A stretch of 64,000 nt of DNA from Octopus vulgaris (taxonomy: Eukaryota), in the NCBI GenBank assembly GCA_951406725.2, contig OX597815.1, forward strand, positions 61,008,001 to 61,072,000, in the 5' to 3' direction. Positions within the stretch are counted from its first letter, which is position 1, and each line of letters opens with the position of its first letter. The position numbers and the translations under genes were made by a program. Below are positions 1-13,101 of the stretch, one piece after another. The notes beneath the pieces were generated by a model. The model had not been told where the DNA came from. It searched no databases and worked only from the letters and a program-made list of their open reading frames with translations.

Positions 1-1211
1 GAAATATCATCAGCAGCAGCACAGTAGATGTCGCTACCATCATCACCAAAACAAGTGCTATGGTTAGCGTCACCACAAGTTATCACTATCAAAACTACCT
101 CTGGTGTCACCACCACCACCACCACCACTACTACTCGAACATAAACGGCGTCAGAGTTATCTTAGCCAAAACTGCTATTGGCACCATATCACCATGGCCA
201 TCACTACTGAGAACACTATCGCCACCGCCACAACCACCACTACCATCATTCCCCCAACTCATTTATATCTACCGATACCCAACTTCATACAACTATCGAC
301 GGCGTCATAGTTACACCCATCCCGAAGCTCATTCAAACTACCCCTGGTACCAAATCACCATGGCGACCATGCTACCACCAACAACAACATCACTACCAAA
401 ATTGGCGACATACTTTACTTCCAGCCTAACTACCCCTTGCACCACCTTCTCCACCACTGCTCTTCCCAACATAAGAACCACCACCATCACAGCGACGAGC
501 AGCGTCCTCCCCCCACCGCGACCACAACCACCATCCCTGCGACGACCACCACGCACCCACATTGTCCTCAGTGACACCCTTTCCGTCTATATTGACATTG
601 TGAAACCAGACGTTATTACTGCTAATTCCTAGCTTCCGGCTCCGGCTGTTGCTGTTGTAGTTCTTGTGACGGCGGTAGTGGTGTAGGTGGTTAAGATGGT
701 GGAGGTTAGTGAAGGGTTGATGAGAGGAATAGGTGGCGGTAGGTGTATGTTGATGATGAGAGGAATAGGTGGCGGTAGGTGTATGTTGATGATGATGATG
801 ATGGTGGCGGTGGTTGTGGCGGTGGTGGTAATGGACGTGGTAGCGGTGGTTGGGAGGATAAACGGTAACTGGGGGTAGTGGCTATGGTGTTGGTGTAATA
901 GTAATAATTCTGTTGCCGCTGGTGGCGGTGGTGGTGGTCTCATAATGGTTGCTGATGATATTGGTAGTGGTAGTATTGATAGTGATGAAGGTAGAGGTGA
1001 TGGTGTTTGTAGTGGTGGTTGTGATATTGGTGGTGGTGACGGTAGTGGTGGTGGTTTTGACAGTGATTGGTTGTGACAGTGACGGTTGAGAATGGCTGAC
1101 GATAATGACGACGATGATGGTGATAATGATGATGAGGAGGACGACGACGACGACAACGATGACGATAAATGATGATGACAATGATGATGACAATGACGAT
1201 GATGATGATGA

Positions 1212-1258
<47 letters not shown>

Positions 1259-1310
1259 CAGATGATGATGATGGTGATGATGATGATGATTATGTATTCT
1301 ATTGATGATG
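1..1310. repeat. Low-complexity trinucleotide region: CAC/ACC-rich to ~600, then GTG/GAT/AGT-rich; includes a 36-bp tandem duplication at ~718-790
   Basis: Runs of cac/acc, then gtg/gat/agt. GATGAGAGGAATAGGTGGCGGTAGGTGTATGTTGAT occurs twice in tandem. Overlapping ORFs are homopolymer-rich. Confidence 0.85.
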
Positions 1311-1719
1311 GTTACGTCAGGTAGTGAATTTTAGTTACTCTCGCTATACAGTGCCAATAGGTGGTATACAGTGTCACTGGTGTCAATAGGTAGCTCTTCC
1401 GTACATGAGTGAATTTGCAGGGTGAGAATCTTAGCGGATCGTCAAAAGGGGAATGCGAGACAAAGAAAAAGATAAACATAAAATAAAATATAAAGAAGCA
1501 TAAATATAGGTGACGTATAGAAGGGAGAAAGGGTTCTTTTAATGAGTATATAGGGGAGAGAAGGAAGAGTGGGAGACTGGAACTAGACACAAAAGGGCTG
1601 CTTGAATATATATGCGTGTGTGTGTGTGTGTATGCTTTCATATACACTATATATGACATCGGCGTGTGAGGGTATGTATAATGGGCGTGTGTGCATCAAT
1701 GTTTCTATGTATCGTTCTA

Positions 1720-1800
<81 letters not shown>

Positions 1801-1823
1801 GTTTGTCTGTCTGTCCATCGCGC

Positions 1824-1854
<31 letters not shown>

Positions 1855-2289
1855 TGGTACGACTCTCTGTTTGTCTCTCTCTCTCTCTCATTTTTACTTG
1901 ATCTGTCCCCCTCTCTCTCTTTTCTCTCTACTCATCCTCTTTTTCTCTTCTCTTTCCTCTGATTCTTTGGTCTAGTCTTCCACTACCCTCCTATTTCTTT
2001 GTCTCGCTCTGCACTCACAGGTCATTCTTCGACACCCATCCCTTCTCCTCTCTGATTCCTTCTTTCTCTCTCTTCTCTCTCTTTGTTGCGTTTGTTCCTC
2101 CTCTCTCTCTCTCTCTCTCTCTCTCTTCCTTTGCTTCTCTTTCTTTTCTTTTCCTCTTCTCTGTCACGTGACTGTTGGCCGAAATCTGCCTTTCAGCTCC
2201 TGACCCTCGTCGTGTTAACATCGCTGTTTTCGTCCGCCGCTATAAAGGCTTTTTCCAATGCGCCAGAGAAAAAATTTGTTTGCTTGTTA

Positions 2290-2644
2290 TCAGTCGTAAG
2301 ACACTGTTGTTTTCACCGTTAATGCTTCTGTATTTCATGTTTCTGTATTCCATTATTGTTTTTTGTTTTTTTATATCTGTCCCTTTTGCTGTCCTGGTGT
2401 TCGTATGCATTCGATCCTTCTTCCAGGAAATCTACGCTTCCAGCTTAGTTTTTCTAATGCTCGTTGCCTAGTTTTTCTTGGAGGGCTGGCCGTGATCTAG
2501 TAATCTCAAGATTAATCAGCCGAAATTACTACGATGATCCGGTTCTTGACTGAAGACTGAGGGTTTCGAATGTCCTGTCCGTGTTTATTGTATCGTCTTC
2601 TAAGAGTTATACGTTCTTGTCCATGTTGTATTTTTCTACATACC

Positions 2645-2646
<2 letters not shown>
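2290..2646 (+). mobile_element. Short interspersed repeat, probably a Penelope-like terminal repeat, carrying a permuted hammerhead motif and ending at (TA)n
   Basis: Its tail (CCTGTCCGT..TTGTATCGTC..TACGTTCTT) recurs at 59097-59160. It contains the hammerhead strands at 2498-2560. The left boundary is approximate. Confidence 0.5.
2498..2560 (+). ncRNA. Candidate non-circularly permuted hammerhead ribozyme (copy A)
   Basis: TAGTAA-TC-TCAAGA ttaa TCAG cc GAAA TTACTA cgatgatccggt TCTTGA CTGAAGA CTGA. Stem III is 7 bp, stem I 6 bp and stem II 4 bp, with canonical CUGANGA, GAAA and an AUC site. Confidence 0.6.
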
Positions 2647-2710
<64 letters not shown>

Positions 2711-2781
2711 TATATACATATAAATATGTGTATATATATAAATATAATATATATATGCACACACATATATATATATACATA

Positions 2782-2836
<55 letters not shown>

Positions 2837-3605
2837 GCATACATACATGCATGCACACATACATATGCAATTACATTTACAGATATATATGTTCATAAAT
2901 GTTTACCTATGCATATGTATATGTATGTGCGCTGCGTGTGCGTTTGTGTGTGTGCGTGTGTGTGTGTGCGCGTGTGTGTGTGTGCGTGCGTGGGTGCGTG
3001 GGTGTGTGTGCGCAGGAATCATATTTGTGTGTGGAGGGAGAAAAATTCTGTTTGGGGGTTTGGCTCTTAATTGGAATTGTGGGTAGGTATGCGGTTAGGG
3101 TAGGCGATAGGGCTGGTGTATGTGATAGTGATTTGGACGGGGAGTTCCCTGGTGATAGAAGGGGATACTTAAAGATGAAGGATAAAGAGAAGAGAGGATG
3201 GGTGTGGGTGACTTCACGGGAAGGAGGGGTGAGAGAAGATCAGATAAGGTGAGGAGGTCGCGTTTCTTTTTATATTTTCCATTTTGTGGTATTAATTAGA
3301 GAGGTTGACTGATAGAGAGGGAGAGAAAAAGAGACAGGGGACAAGAAAAGAAATGAATGAGATAGAGAGGACTGATGTTAGTAGGATCGGAAAGAAGAGA
3401 GAGAACAATAGTGAAAGAGAGAATGAGAAGAGAAGAAAGAAGAAGAAAATAGGAATAAATAATAGAAAGAAGTTTGGAAGAAGGAAATCTGCTAGGTAAA
3501 AAGAAAGAGAGAAAGTTAAATTTAGCATGAAAATGAACAATATTGTAGAGAAAGAGAGAAATATAAAGCGACCTATGTTTCTGTGTGTGATATATACACG
3601 TATGC

Positions 3606-3636
<31 letters not shown>

Positions 3637-4351
3637 TGTATGTATGTATGTATGTATGTATGTATGTATGTACGTAAGTATGTATGTATGTATGTATGTA
3701 TATACGTATGTATGTATGTACGCATGTATGTATGAAAGTATATATACATATATAAAAATAAATATACATATGCGTGTGTGTGTGTATGTGTGTGTGTGTG
3801 TGTATGTATGTGTATGTATATGTATATATGTATGTATGTATGTATGTATAGATATATACATACACACACATATACACATGATTTAAAGAAGGAGACAAAT
3901 AGACGTAGTGATGAATGAAAAATGGAATGGTAGAGACAAAGATAAGCCAAGAGACAGGGAGGAAAAAGAAGAAAAGAAAAGAGAAAGAGTGTGAATAAGA
4001 GGGAGAGAAAGAGAAAGAAAGAGAGAGAGATATAATGAGATAATAATGGAAGAAAGAGGGAAATGAAAATAAAGTAGGAATGAAAGCAGAACGAAATGGT
4101 AAAAAAGTAAATTGGAACAACTGAAAAATTGGCATAAAATAGAGAAGAAACCTAAGAAAAAAGAAACGAAAACTAAATAGAGACACTATATATATTTCTT
4201 GTTGTTGTAGTGGTGATGGTTATTGTTGTTATTGTTAATCATATAATGTGTAACCGCCATTTCAAGCTCCGTGCTCCTCTGCAAAAAAATAAATAAATAA
4301 ATAAAGTGAATAAATAAGCGAATAAATAAGTAAATGATAACAATAATAATG

Positions 4352-4505
<154 letters not shown>

Positions 4506-6185
4506 TAATAATAACGACAACAAGAATAATAATGCATAAAAAACGCCATAATGGTAAAATAACGAAATTTGAATTTTTGTTCTTTTGTGGGAATTAAGGT
4601 AGAAAGGAAAAATTTATAGGAATTTTATGTTGCCATAAATATCAGGTTGGTGTATTCTTTGATAGTTTATTTCCACCGACTGGTAATGACGAAGGTGGTA
4701 ATGACGGATGGTAAAAAGAGTTCGGCAGGAAATGCGTCGCAGACCATCGACGTATATTTTTCTCTCACCTCCAGTGCTAATGTCCAAATAACTATAGTTA
4801 ACTAGTTGAAGGAACGATTGCAAATGGTAGCAACAACAATAACAACAACAACACAGTTATGGGAAATAGTAACCAGAACCAGAAGGTGTTGAAACATGAA
4901 CAACAATAATAAAAGCAATGTGAACAACAACAAAAACGCAATGACGAACCAAAGATTGTTCGCCCAAGCCGATGTTAGGTGGATGAAATTCCATCTGAGT
5001 TTTATACCAGACCTTATCAAAGCGATGGACTTTACTAATGTTTCAATAATCGCCATAGTCAAGGTGAGCAACAGCTATTTCTGAGATGTTCTTCCCTGAC
5101 AAGTGATTTGATTTGAGATCATGTATTGAAACGAAAAAAATTGCAGCAGAAAAGACACTTAGCCATTCGAAAACACAAAAAGACCGTATTTGGTATGGAA
5201 GCTTTCGCCGTACTAACTGCGACCAACAGCAGAATTAAGGAATTCAACGTCAGAGAATAAACTAATATTATTAACTAAAGTTTCTCATTGATTTATCATA
5301 TTGTTGATCGTCAATCACAACCCCTGACAAACATGTCAACATTTGTTGATGAGTGGATGGGGATTTGAACTCAGAATGTACAAAGACGGAACACATACTA
5401 CAAGGCATCATATTTTCAGACCCCGTATCAATTCCACCAATCATCCATCTTTGGATCGATACTTTTCATCGATTCATAAAGGGTAAAAAGCAAAAATTGA
5501 TTCATCTGAGTTCAAAGCTTAAGAAGTCGGTAAAACACGGTAATCCTCTATTCAACACTCTAGCGACTTCGCCAATTCGCCACAATGCGGCTGCATGCAG
5601 TTTATATTAATATATCACAATTTCTTGTTTGGTTTATTGCAAAGTCAGTATTTAGCAGCGCCGCAGTCTAGAGTTATGACTAACGAATGAACAATGTTAA
5701 GACTGAGATTTACAGTAAACTTAATTCTATGATAAGGTTCCTGAAATCCTTACTATCAGCATCTCCGGCGCTCCTTTAGAAACGCACCTTTCCAAGAAAA
5801 TGAAATGCAAATTTTAAAAAAGTTATGAAAATGGAAAATATATTTAAAATAAATGATGCACGCAAAAAATTCATCCAATTTCAAATATTTTATACTAAAA
5901 AATAAAACAAACGGAAAACGTGCCGTCGTGAATATAAACAAACATGTCGGATGATACAATTGGCGGTAATTTGTTTTTACCAATCAGGTATTATTAATGA
6001 TGCAAGGGGCCAAATAGCCACTGAGTTATATGCTGTATAATATATTTTCTCTGTAAACTGAAAACAAAAATAAAAATTACAAAACTTGCATACGTTTTAA
6101 ACATATTTACTCTATTGTTTTATAATTATTTCTGTCGTATATCACAACGTCTTAAAATGGACGAAGGTAAAACGAGTGCACACCA

Positions 6186-7022
6186 CCTAAACCTAAAACT
6201 AACACTAATCCAAAAACTAAACCTAACCCTAGCCATAAAACTAACCCTGACTCAAACACTAACCTTAACCCTTACCCTAAAACTAAACCTATCTCTAAAA
6301 CTAACACTAACCCTAACACTAACCCTAAACCTAATCCTAAAACTAACCCTAACCCTAAAACAAACCCTAACCCCAAAACTAAATCTAACCCTAAAACTAA
6401 CACTAACCCTAACACTAACCCTAAACCTAATCCTAAAACTAACCCTAACCCTAAAACAAACAATAACACTAACCATAAACCTAACCCTAAAACTTACCCC
6501 AAACCTAGCACTAACCCTAAACCTAACAATATCCCTAAACCTAACCCTAACATCAACCCTATCCATAACCATAACCCTTACCCTAAAATTAACCATAACG
6601 CTAGTACTAACCCTAAACCTAACCCTAAAGATAATCCTAAACCTAAAACTAACACTAACCCTAAAACGAATACTAACCCTAATACTAATCCTAACCCTAA
6701 CCCTAAAACTAACCCTAACCCTGACACTAATCCTAACACTAATACTAACACAAACCATAACTCTAAAATTAACATTAATCCTACCCCTAAAACTAACACT
6801 AAGCATAAACTCCACACTAATACTAATCCTAACCCTAAAGCTAACGCTAACACTAACCCTAACTGTAAAACGAAGTCTAACCTTAAACCTAACACTAATT
6901 AAACCTAACCCTAGCCCTAAAACTGACCCTAACCCTAACACTAACGCTAAACTTAACCCTAAAACTAACACTAACCCTAAAACTAACCCTAAACATAACA
7001 CTAAAACTAACCCTAACCCTAA
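6186..7022 (+). repeat. Degenerate telomere-like hexamer array (CCCTAA and NNCTAA variants; TTAGGG-like on - strand)
   Basis: About 140 hexamers such as CCCTAA, CACTAA, AACTAA, ACCTAA and TCCTAA. A ~70-bp block is duplicated with 96-bp spacing (~6295 and ~6391). Confidence 0.9.
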
Positions 7023-7394
7023 AATTCACTCTAAACCTGAAACAATTGCAGCGTGGAAGGTGTTTATAAGCCATTTAAAACACATACAAAAACCGTTAGT
7101 CTTTTAATTTCTAAAGCTTTCTTCAAAAGGGATTTAGTTACAGACTGTAGAACTCTACTTATTACATCCCACTGTATAAAGTTGCAAAAGTGGTTATCAT
7201 AGCACTGAACCCCTTCATGACACATAAACTTGTATTCCAAATCGAACGAATTGTGACCAGTTATGCATTCTGAACATTTTTCGTCTTTTTTTTCTTTTTC
7301 TTTTTTTTTACTGAATCAGTCTTTTAAAGATTTGCCGAATTTATTAATCTGTAGGGTTGGCACAACCGTTATGATTTTTATCTTTAAAAGTAAC

Positions 7395-7622
7395 GTGTGT
7401 GTGTGTATGACTTTGTGCCTGTGTTTGTCCCCCACCACCGCTTGACAACTGGCATTGGTGTGTTTACGTCCCAGTAACATAGCGGTTCGACAAAAAAGCC
7501 CGATAGAGCAAGTAGCAGGATTTTTAAAAATATGTACTGAGATCGATTTGTTCGACTAAAATCCTTCGAGGTGGTACCCGCAAATATGGCCACAGACTAA
7601 TAACTGAAACAAGCAAAAGAGA
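7395..7622 (+). mobile_element. SINE family A, diverged 3' half
   Basis: Matches 24330-24540 (GTGTTTGTCCCC..GCTTGACAAC..GGTGTGTTTACGTCCC..CTGAAACAAG). Confidence 0.85.
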
Positions 7623-7883
7623 AAAAAAAATTTTTAAGTATGGTTCACGTAATGCTAACAAATTTTACTTTGTGGCCTGGCTAGCCTGGCGAGGTCCCAA
7701 TTTGGTTTTCTGATAGATATCGGTGCTGTTGTTAGAAATATGCATTTAGTGTGTATATGTATGTCTGTACGTATGTGTGTATGTGCATGCGTGCGTGTGT
7801 GAGTGTATGTGTGCGTGTGCGTGTGCGTGTGTGTGTGTGCGTGTTTATGTATGTGTTTGTGCGTGCGTGTGTTTGGGTGTGTG

Positions 7884-8507
7884 GATATCAACATTACTTC
7901 GGAATGAAAGCGCCTTTTCACCATGATGTAGTCTATCTGGTTATGAACTTCGCCATTAGGGCTGTGCCGCATCCGTCGCCAGGACGGTTTCTCCTTGTTA
8001 GTAAAGCGGCTACATGTACCATTCCAGTCTGTACACGCATCTTCTCCAACTTTGGCGTTCCAATCGAATCATCGACCAATTCCTCTTTCTTGAGTGTTTG
8101 ATCAACAAGTTTTTGAAGCTGGTCATAAAATTCGTCAATGTCCTCATCACTGTAGCCTGATACTGGGGTGTACACTTGCACTATAGTTATATTGAAGAAC
8201 TCACTCTCAGGCGAATAGTGATGAGTCTGCTGGACAATGGTCAGCAGCCCATCACCGCACTCACACAGTCTTTATTAATTAAGTAACCTACTCTCTCCTT
8301 ATGAGTATCTTTGCCACTGAAATACAATTTGTGACCCTCGTCTGTATTGGTTTCTCCATTGTTCTTCAATTTCATCTCAACACAGTCCAAGAATGTTCCA
8401 AATGTAATTGTTCATTTCATGCATCAGTTACTCAACCTTATTTGGTGCTCGGAGTGCTCTTACATTCCACGTGTCAATGGAGATGTTCTTTCTGACACGG
8501 ATCTTGT
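7884..8507 (-). pseudogene. RTE LINE AP-endonuclease N-terminal part, inverted relative to the rest of the element
   Basis: The minus strand reads ISIDTWNVRAL..NILGLC*, QVYTPVSGYSDEDIDEFYDQLQ and HNQIDYIMVKRRF, which are APE motifs of RTE elements. Stops and frameshifts are present. Confidence 0.9.
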
Positions 8508-10640
8508 AAATAGAATACTGAGCTACCCTGGTGCAGACATAGGAAGTCATCATGACCTTCTGTCTGCACCTGAAGAAAATGAAATGAGTGGGCTATACAA
8601 GAGCTAAATTCAATCTTGGAAAGCTAAAAGCTCCAGGAATTAGAAAGGAAATTGAATCTAAGATTAGTCGTAGATTTGCCCCATTCATCCTGGGAAAAAC
8701 AGACACAGATGTGCACACTTTTACTGGCAGAAACAATCCAGAAAGGTTCTTGGCAAGCACAGGCCTGCCAAGAAACCACGGCTCACACCAGAAATTTTAG
8801 ACTTGTGTGACAAAAGAAGAGTTGAACAAGAAGTTTGACCAGGAAGATGCCCGAGAATACAAAGAAGCAAATCTTGCAGTTGAAAAGAACATGAGAAAAG
8901 CCAAGGAGATATGGGGAGAGGAACAGTGTAGGGACATTGAAGGAAACTTAAAGAAGAATAACAGTAAGAAAGTTCATCAGCTGATGAAAGAACTTACAAG
9001 CGATAAGCAAAGGCGGTCCAGCACAATACTTAATAAATAGGGGAAACCACTAACGGAAAACCAAGAGATTCTGAACCGTTGGACAGAATATTGCGCAGAT
9101 CTATATAACCATGAAGCAAAAGGATACACTGATTAACTGAATGCCCCATCAACAACAGACACGAACAACTTCCCCATTTTAAGAAAGGAAGTAGAGGAAG
9201 CAAGAAAGCAATTAAGTCATTAAAGAAAGGTAAGCCGGCAATGGTGGACAACATCCCTACTGAGCTGATACAGGCAGGGGAAGAGGCCATGTTGGATGCG
9301 CTCCTTGTAATATGTAATAAGATCTGGCAGACAGAAGAATGGCCTGCATTTTGGACTCAATTGCAGGCGATCACCTTGCCAAAAAAAGGGTATCTACAAC
9401 AATGCCAGAATGTCATTGAAGCAAAGTGATATTGATAATCATCCTTAGCAGACTCAAACCCCAAGCGGAGGAAATCATAGCAAAGAAGCAAGCAGGATTC
9501 AGGGTGGGTCGCTGCAAAATAGAAGAGATTTTCAATTTAAGGATTCTGTGACCTCGTTATCCTCAGCACCAATAAGAGCATTTTCCTATGTTTGTGGACT
9601 TCAAAGACATTTGACAGGTTGTAGGATGCAACACTCTGGTCGACCATGAAACTATATAACATCAACGCAAATCTCATTCGTGCCATTAATAGTCTGTGTG
9701 ATAAAGCAAGTAGTACGGTTTACCTGAACGGCAGCATTGGCGAGTGGTTCAAAACAACAAACGGTGTAAGACAAGGCTGCCCGCCCTTGAGAGGATTATG
9801 ACATAATCCCTGGTAGACCACAATCATACGATTAGCATTGGCGGCAGAAACCTAACAAACCTGCGCTTTGCAGATGATATTGTTAGACTGGTAGGCTCAG
9901 AACAAAAATTGAAACAACTAGTAGAGCCTCTAGACAAGACTTCCAATGAATTTGGCAAGGAAATAAGCGCAGAGAAAATAAAAGTTATAGCAAACTGCCA
10001 AAAGGGAATCAGTACCAACATAAGCGTCAGTGGATTTGAGCTTGAACAAGTTCAAAACTTCAAATATCTTGGGGTGATAGTGAGTAACAAAGGTTCCAAG
10101 CACGAAGTGATATCCGGTATTGCCAAAACAACAGCAGCTATGACCAAATTCAGAACACTGTGGAAAAACAGAATTATCTCACTGAGCTCCAAAATTAGGC
10201 TAATGATATCACTTGTGATCTCAATATTCCTGTGCGTCTGCGAGACACGGACACTGACAACAGAAACCGAAAGAAGTGTTTCAAGAGACTTTGGGGAATA
10301 TTATACGGAGATCGTGTCACAAATGAGGAATTAAAAAGTAGAATAAGGCAAGCAATAGGGTCCTTTGAGGAACTTCTTACCACAGTAAATAAATACAAGC
10401 TCAGGTGGTTTGGGCATATCACCCGCTCATCAGGGATAGCCAAAATAATCCTTCAGAGAACGCACAAAGGTGGCAGACGCAGAGGTAAACAGAGATAGAG
10501 ATGGAAAAACAACATATGTGAGTGGACAGGTCTAAAGATGAGAGAAACAGTGCGAGAGGCAGAAGACAGAGACGAGTGGAGGGATCTAGTCGCAAAGTCA
10601 TTAGTGGTGCCCCAACGGTCAACCAGACTACGAGATATTG
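8508..10640 (+). mobile_element. RTE-clade LINE: endonuclease end plus reverse transcriptase, decayed
   Basis: SYPGADIGSHHDL, DNIPTELIQAG, GVRQGC, LRFADDIV (~9862), FKYLG, LRWFGHITR. The 3' end GTGCCCCAACGGTCAACCAGACTACG is followed by an A-run. Confidence 0.92.
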
Positions 10641-10800
10641 AAAAAAAATCAGTTGTGAACATAGTTTATTTGGTTTAAAAGAACATGGACGTCATTTGTG
10701 GAAAATGATCTGAAAGCTATTTATTGGATATTTTTTGGTATACAAAAAAATTCTTTTCGTCGTTTTAAGAAAGTCAAATACAATATGTTTTAGTAGGTTC

Positions 10801-10865
<65 letters not shown>

Positions 10866-12698
10866 TGTGTGTGTGTGTCTGTGTGTGTCTGTGTCTGTGT
10901 CTGTGTGGTTCTGCGTGAATAGGATGGGGTCGAACTTATTTTCCTCAGTGATATCTGTGTTCTATTTATCGCGTAATATATATTCTATTCCATTTTCTTG
11001 ATCAGATCTCTAGTCATTTCTTTGAGTCACTTAGTAAATTTTATTTTAGAGGATTTCAAAACATTATTCGCAAAAAAAATGTAGGATTCGAGCCCCAGCC
11101 CTTGAAAAGTGCTCTACAAATTAGGGGAAAAGTGTGGATTAATGAACGTTTGTATTTACAAAGGCAGAAAAGTACTTAATATGTAATAACAAATAATAGC
11201 AGCGTGTAATTATTTCATTAAAAGTTGAAGCTTTTATATACGTAGCACTCTGGGTCACATTTCCGATTACTCAAACGAATGAAGCAGAGGATCAGCGTGA
11301 AAAATTGATCAACATACATATTCGCAAACACATTTGAATATGAGTAATCAACGGTACATCAACACAAGTTCATTGCCGTGCACAGAATTCAGGATAGTTT
11401 TATTCATTCAGGTGTAAAATGCAGATGTCACTTTCTCATTACGTATAAGTCACACGTAAGCAAGGGAAGTGGCTCTTGTTGATGAATAAATTAAGGGTTT
11501 TGTTTGTTTTCTAATTTTATTAGCATAGGACAAAAGGATTAGGTAAAAAATAAAACATCTTAGTCAGGTGAAAATTCCATTTATATATTTATATATTTAT
11601 TTGTTCAAAATTGCTAAAAGCTGTAACTGAACGAAATGATCTGCGTGATAGAGATCACAGTTTCTTGAATAATTAACACCGAGAGACATATTTTCCATAA
11701 GGAACCACTTTATCTTAATAATTATTAAATTCCAAATATATTTGGACAGTGAAGTGGTAAAATGTCGTCTTTTGTGTTTGCATGTGTACACATATTGCGA
11801 GGCCTCTTTTTTTGAAGAGTTATTCACCATTTTGTTTCAATATCATCCGCAAGACAGAATTTAGTTTGATATGAATGTGTGTTTGTGTGTGTGTTTGCGT
11901 GTGCGTTGTGCGTGTGCGTGTGCGCGGCGCGCGATAGTATGCATTAAGTGAGGACAGAAAAATAAAGATGTATGCAAATAATATAGATACACATAGGTAC
12001 ACATACGCACGTTTTTCTATCATCTCGAACGCGATAGACAATATTTTGTAAAATATAAATATTATTAAAAGAATTAACTGATAATGACGATTATGATGAT
12101 AATAGTGATGACGACGACGATGATGATGTTGATTATGATCATGAGAAAGACAACGATGATGATTGGGGAGGAAGAAAGGAGAAAGAGAAGGTAAGGCGGG
12201 CAATGATCATTTAGATAAAGGGAATATGCACTACCCTCATCCTCACCATCTTACTGCGATCAACATCATTCTCATCATCATCACAATTAGCAACACCATT
12301 GTCGTCGTGGTCGTCGTTATCGTTACGACAATTTGGGTCGTGTGAGATGAGATTTGAACATATGATCGTTGAACAACGGAATTGAATACGGTGATGACAT
12401 TTAGTCCGACGACGATGACGACAACAACGTTGACGATGATGATGATGATGATGGCGACGATGATGATGATGGCGGCGATAATGAAAGATGATTATGATCG
12501 GATGAAGAAGATAGATAGAAAAAACAATAGATGTGGGTGGCTCTGGTGTCGCTTCCGTTGCCAAAAGTGCAGCAGTTGTACAGAATAAAACGAGACAATG
12601 AGAGGGATGGTGACAGGCAAATGTACAAAGAATGGCATATATATATATATTTGTATGTGTGTGTGTGTGTGTGCGCGCGTATGTATATATATATATAT

Positions 12699-12745
<47 letters not shown>

Positions 12746-12969
12746 ATACCTATGTATATCTAAGCGTATATGTGTGCTTCTTGCGGGTTTTATTAGTCTC
12801 TCTCTCTGTTTCTCTTTCATTTCCTCTTTCTCTCTCTCTCTTTCTGTCTCCCTCCTTCTGTCTCTGTCTCTCTGGATGTATATGTGTATATGTGGATAGA
12901 CGTATATATGTGTGTACATGTGCATGGATATGTATACATACATATATGCATATGTATATGTATACATAC

Positions 12970-13000
<31 letters not shown>

Positions 13001-13101
13001 ATAACAATTTAACAAATAAAACATATGCATACATACATACATATATGTACATACCTACATCTATATGTATATATACATGCATATATATATATATATATAA
13101 G

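Noticed and set aside
2160-2260. Promoter (GTCACGTGAC E-box plus TATAAA)
   Set aside because: The motifs are short, with no downstream gene evidence, and sit next to a repeat element.
5113-5132. TGAGATCAT bantam-like miRNA seed
   Set aside because: There is no precursor hairpin and the remainder does not match the mature miRNA.
6115-7107. 330-aa ORF (LTLTLKL...) and its antisense ORFs
   Set aside because: It is a translation of the hexamer array. Open frames follow from the 6-bp period, and there is no protein signal.
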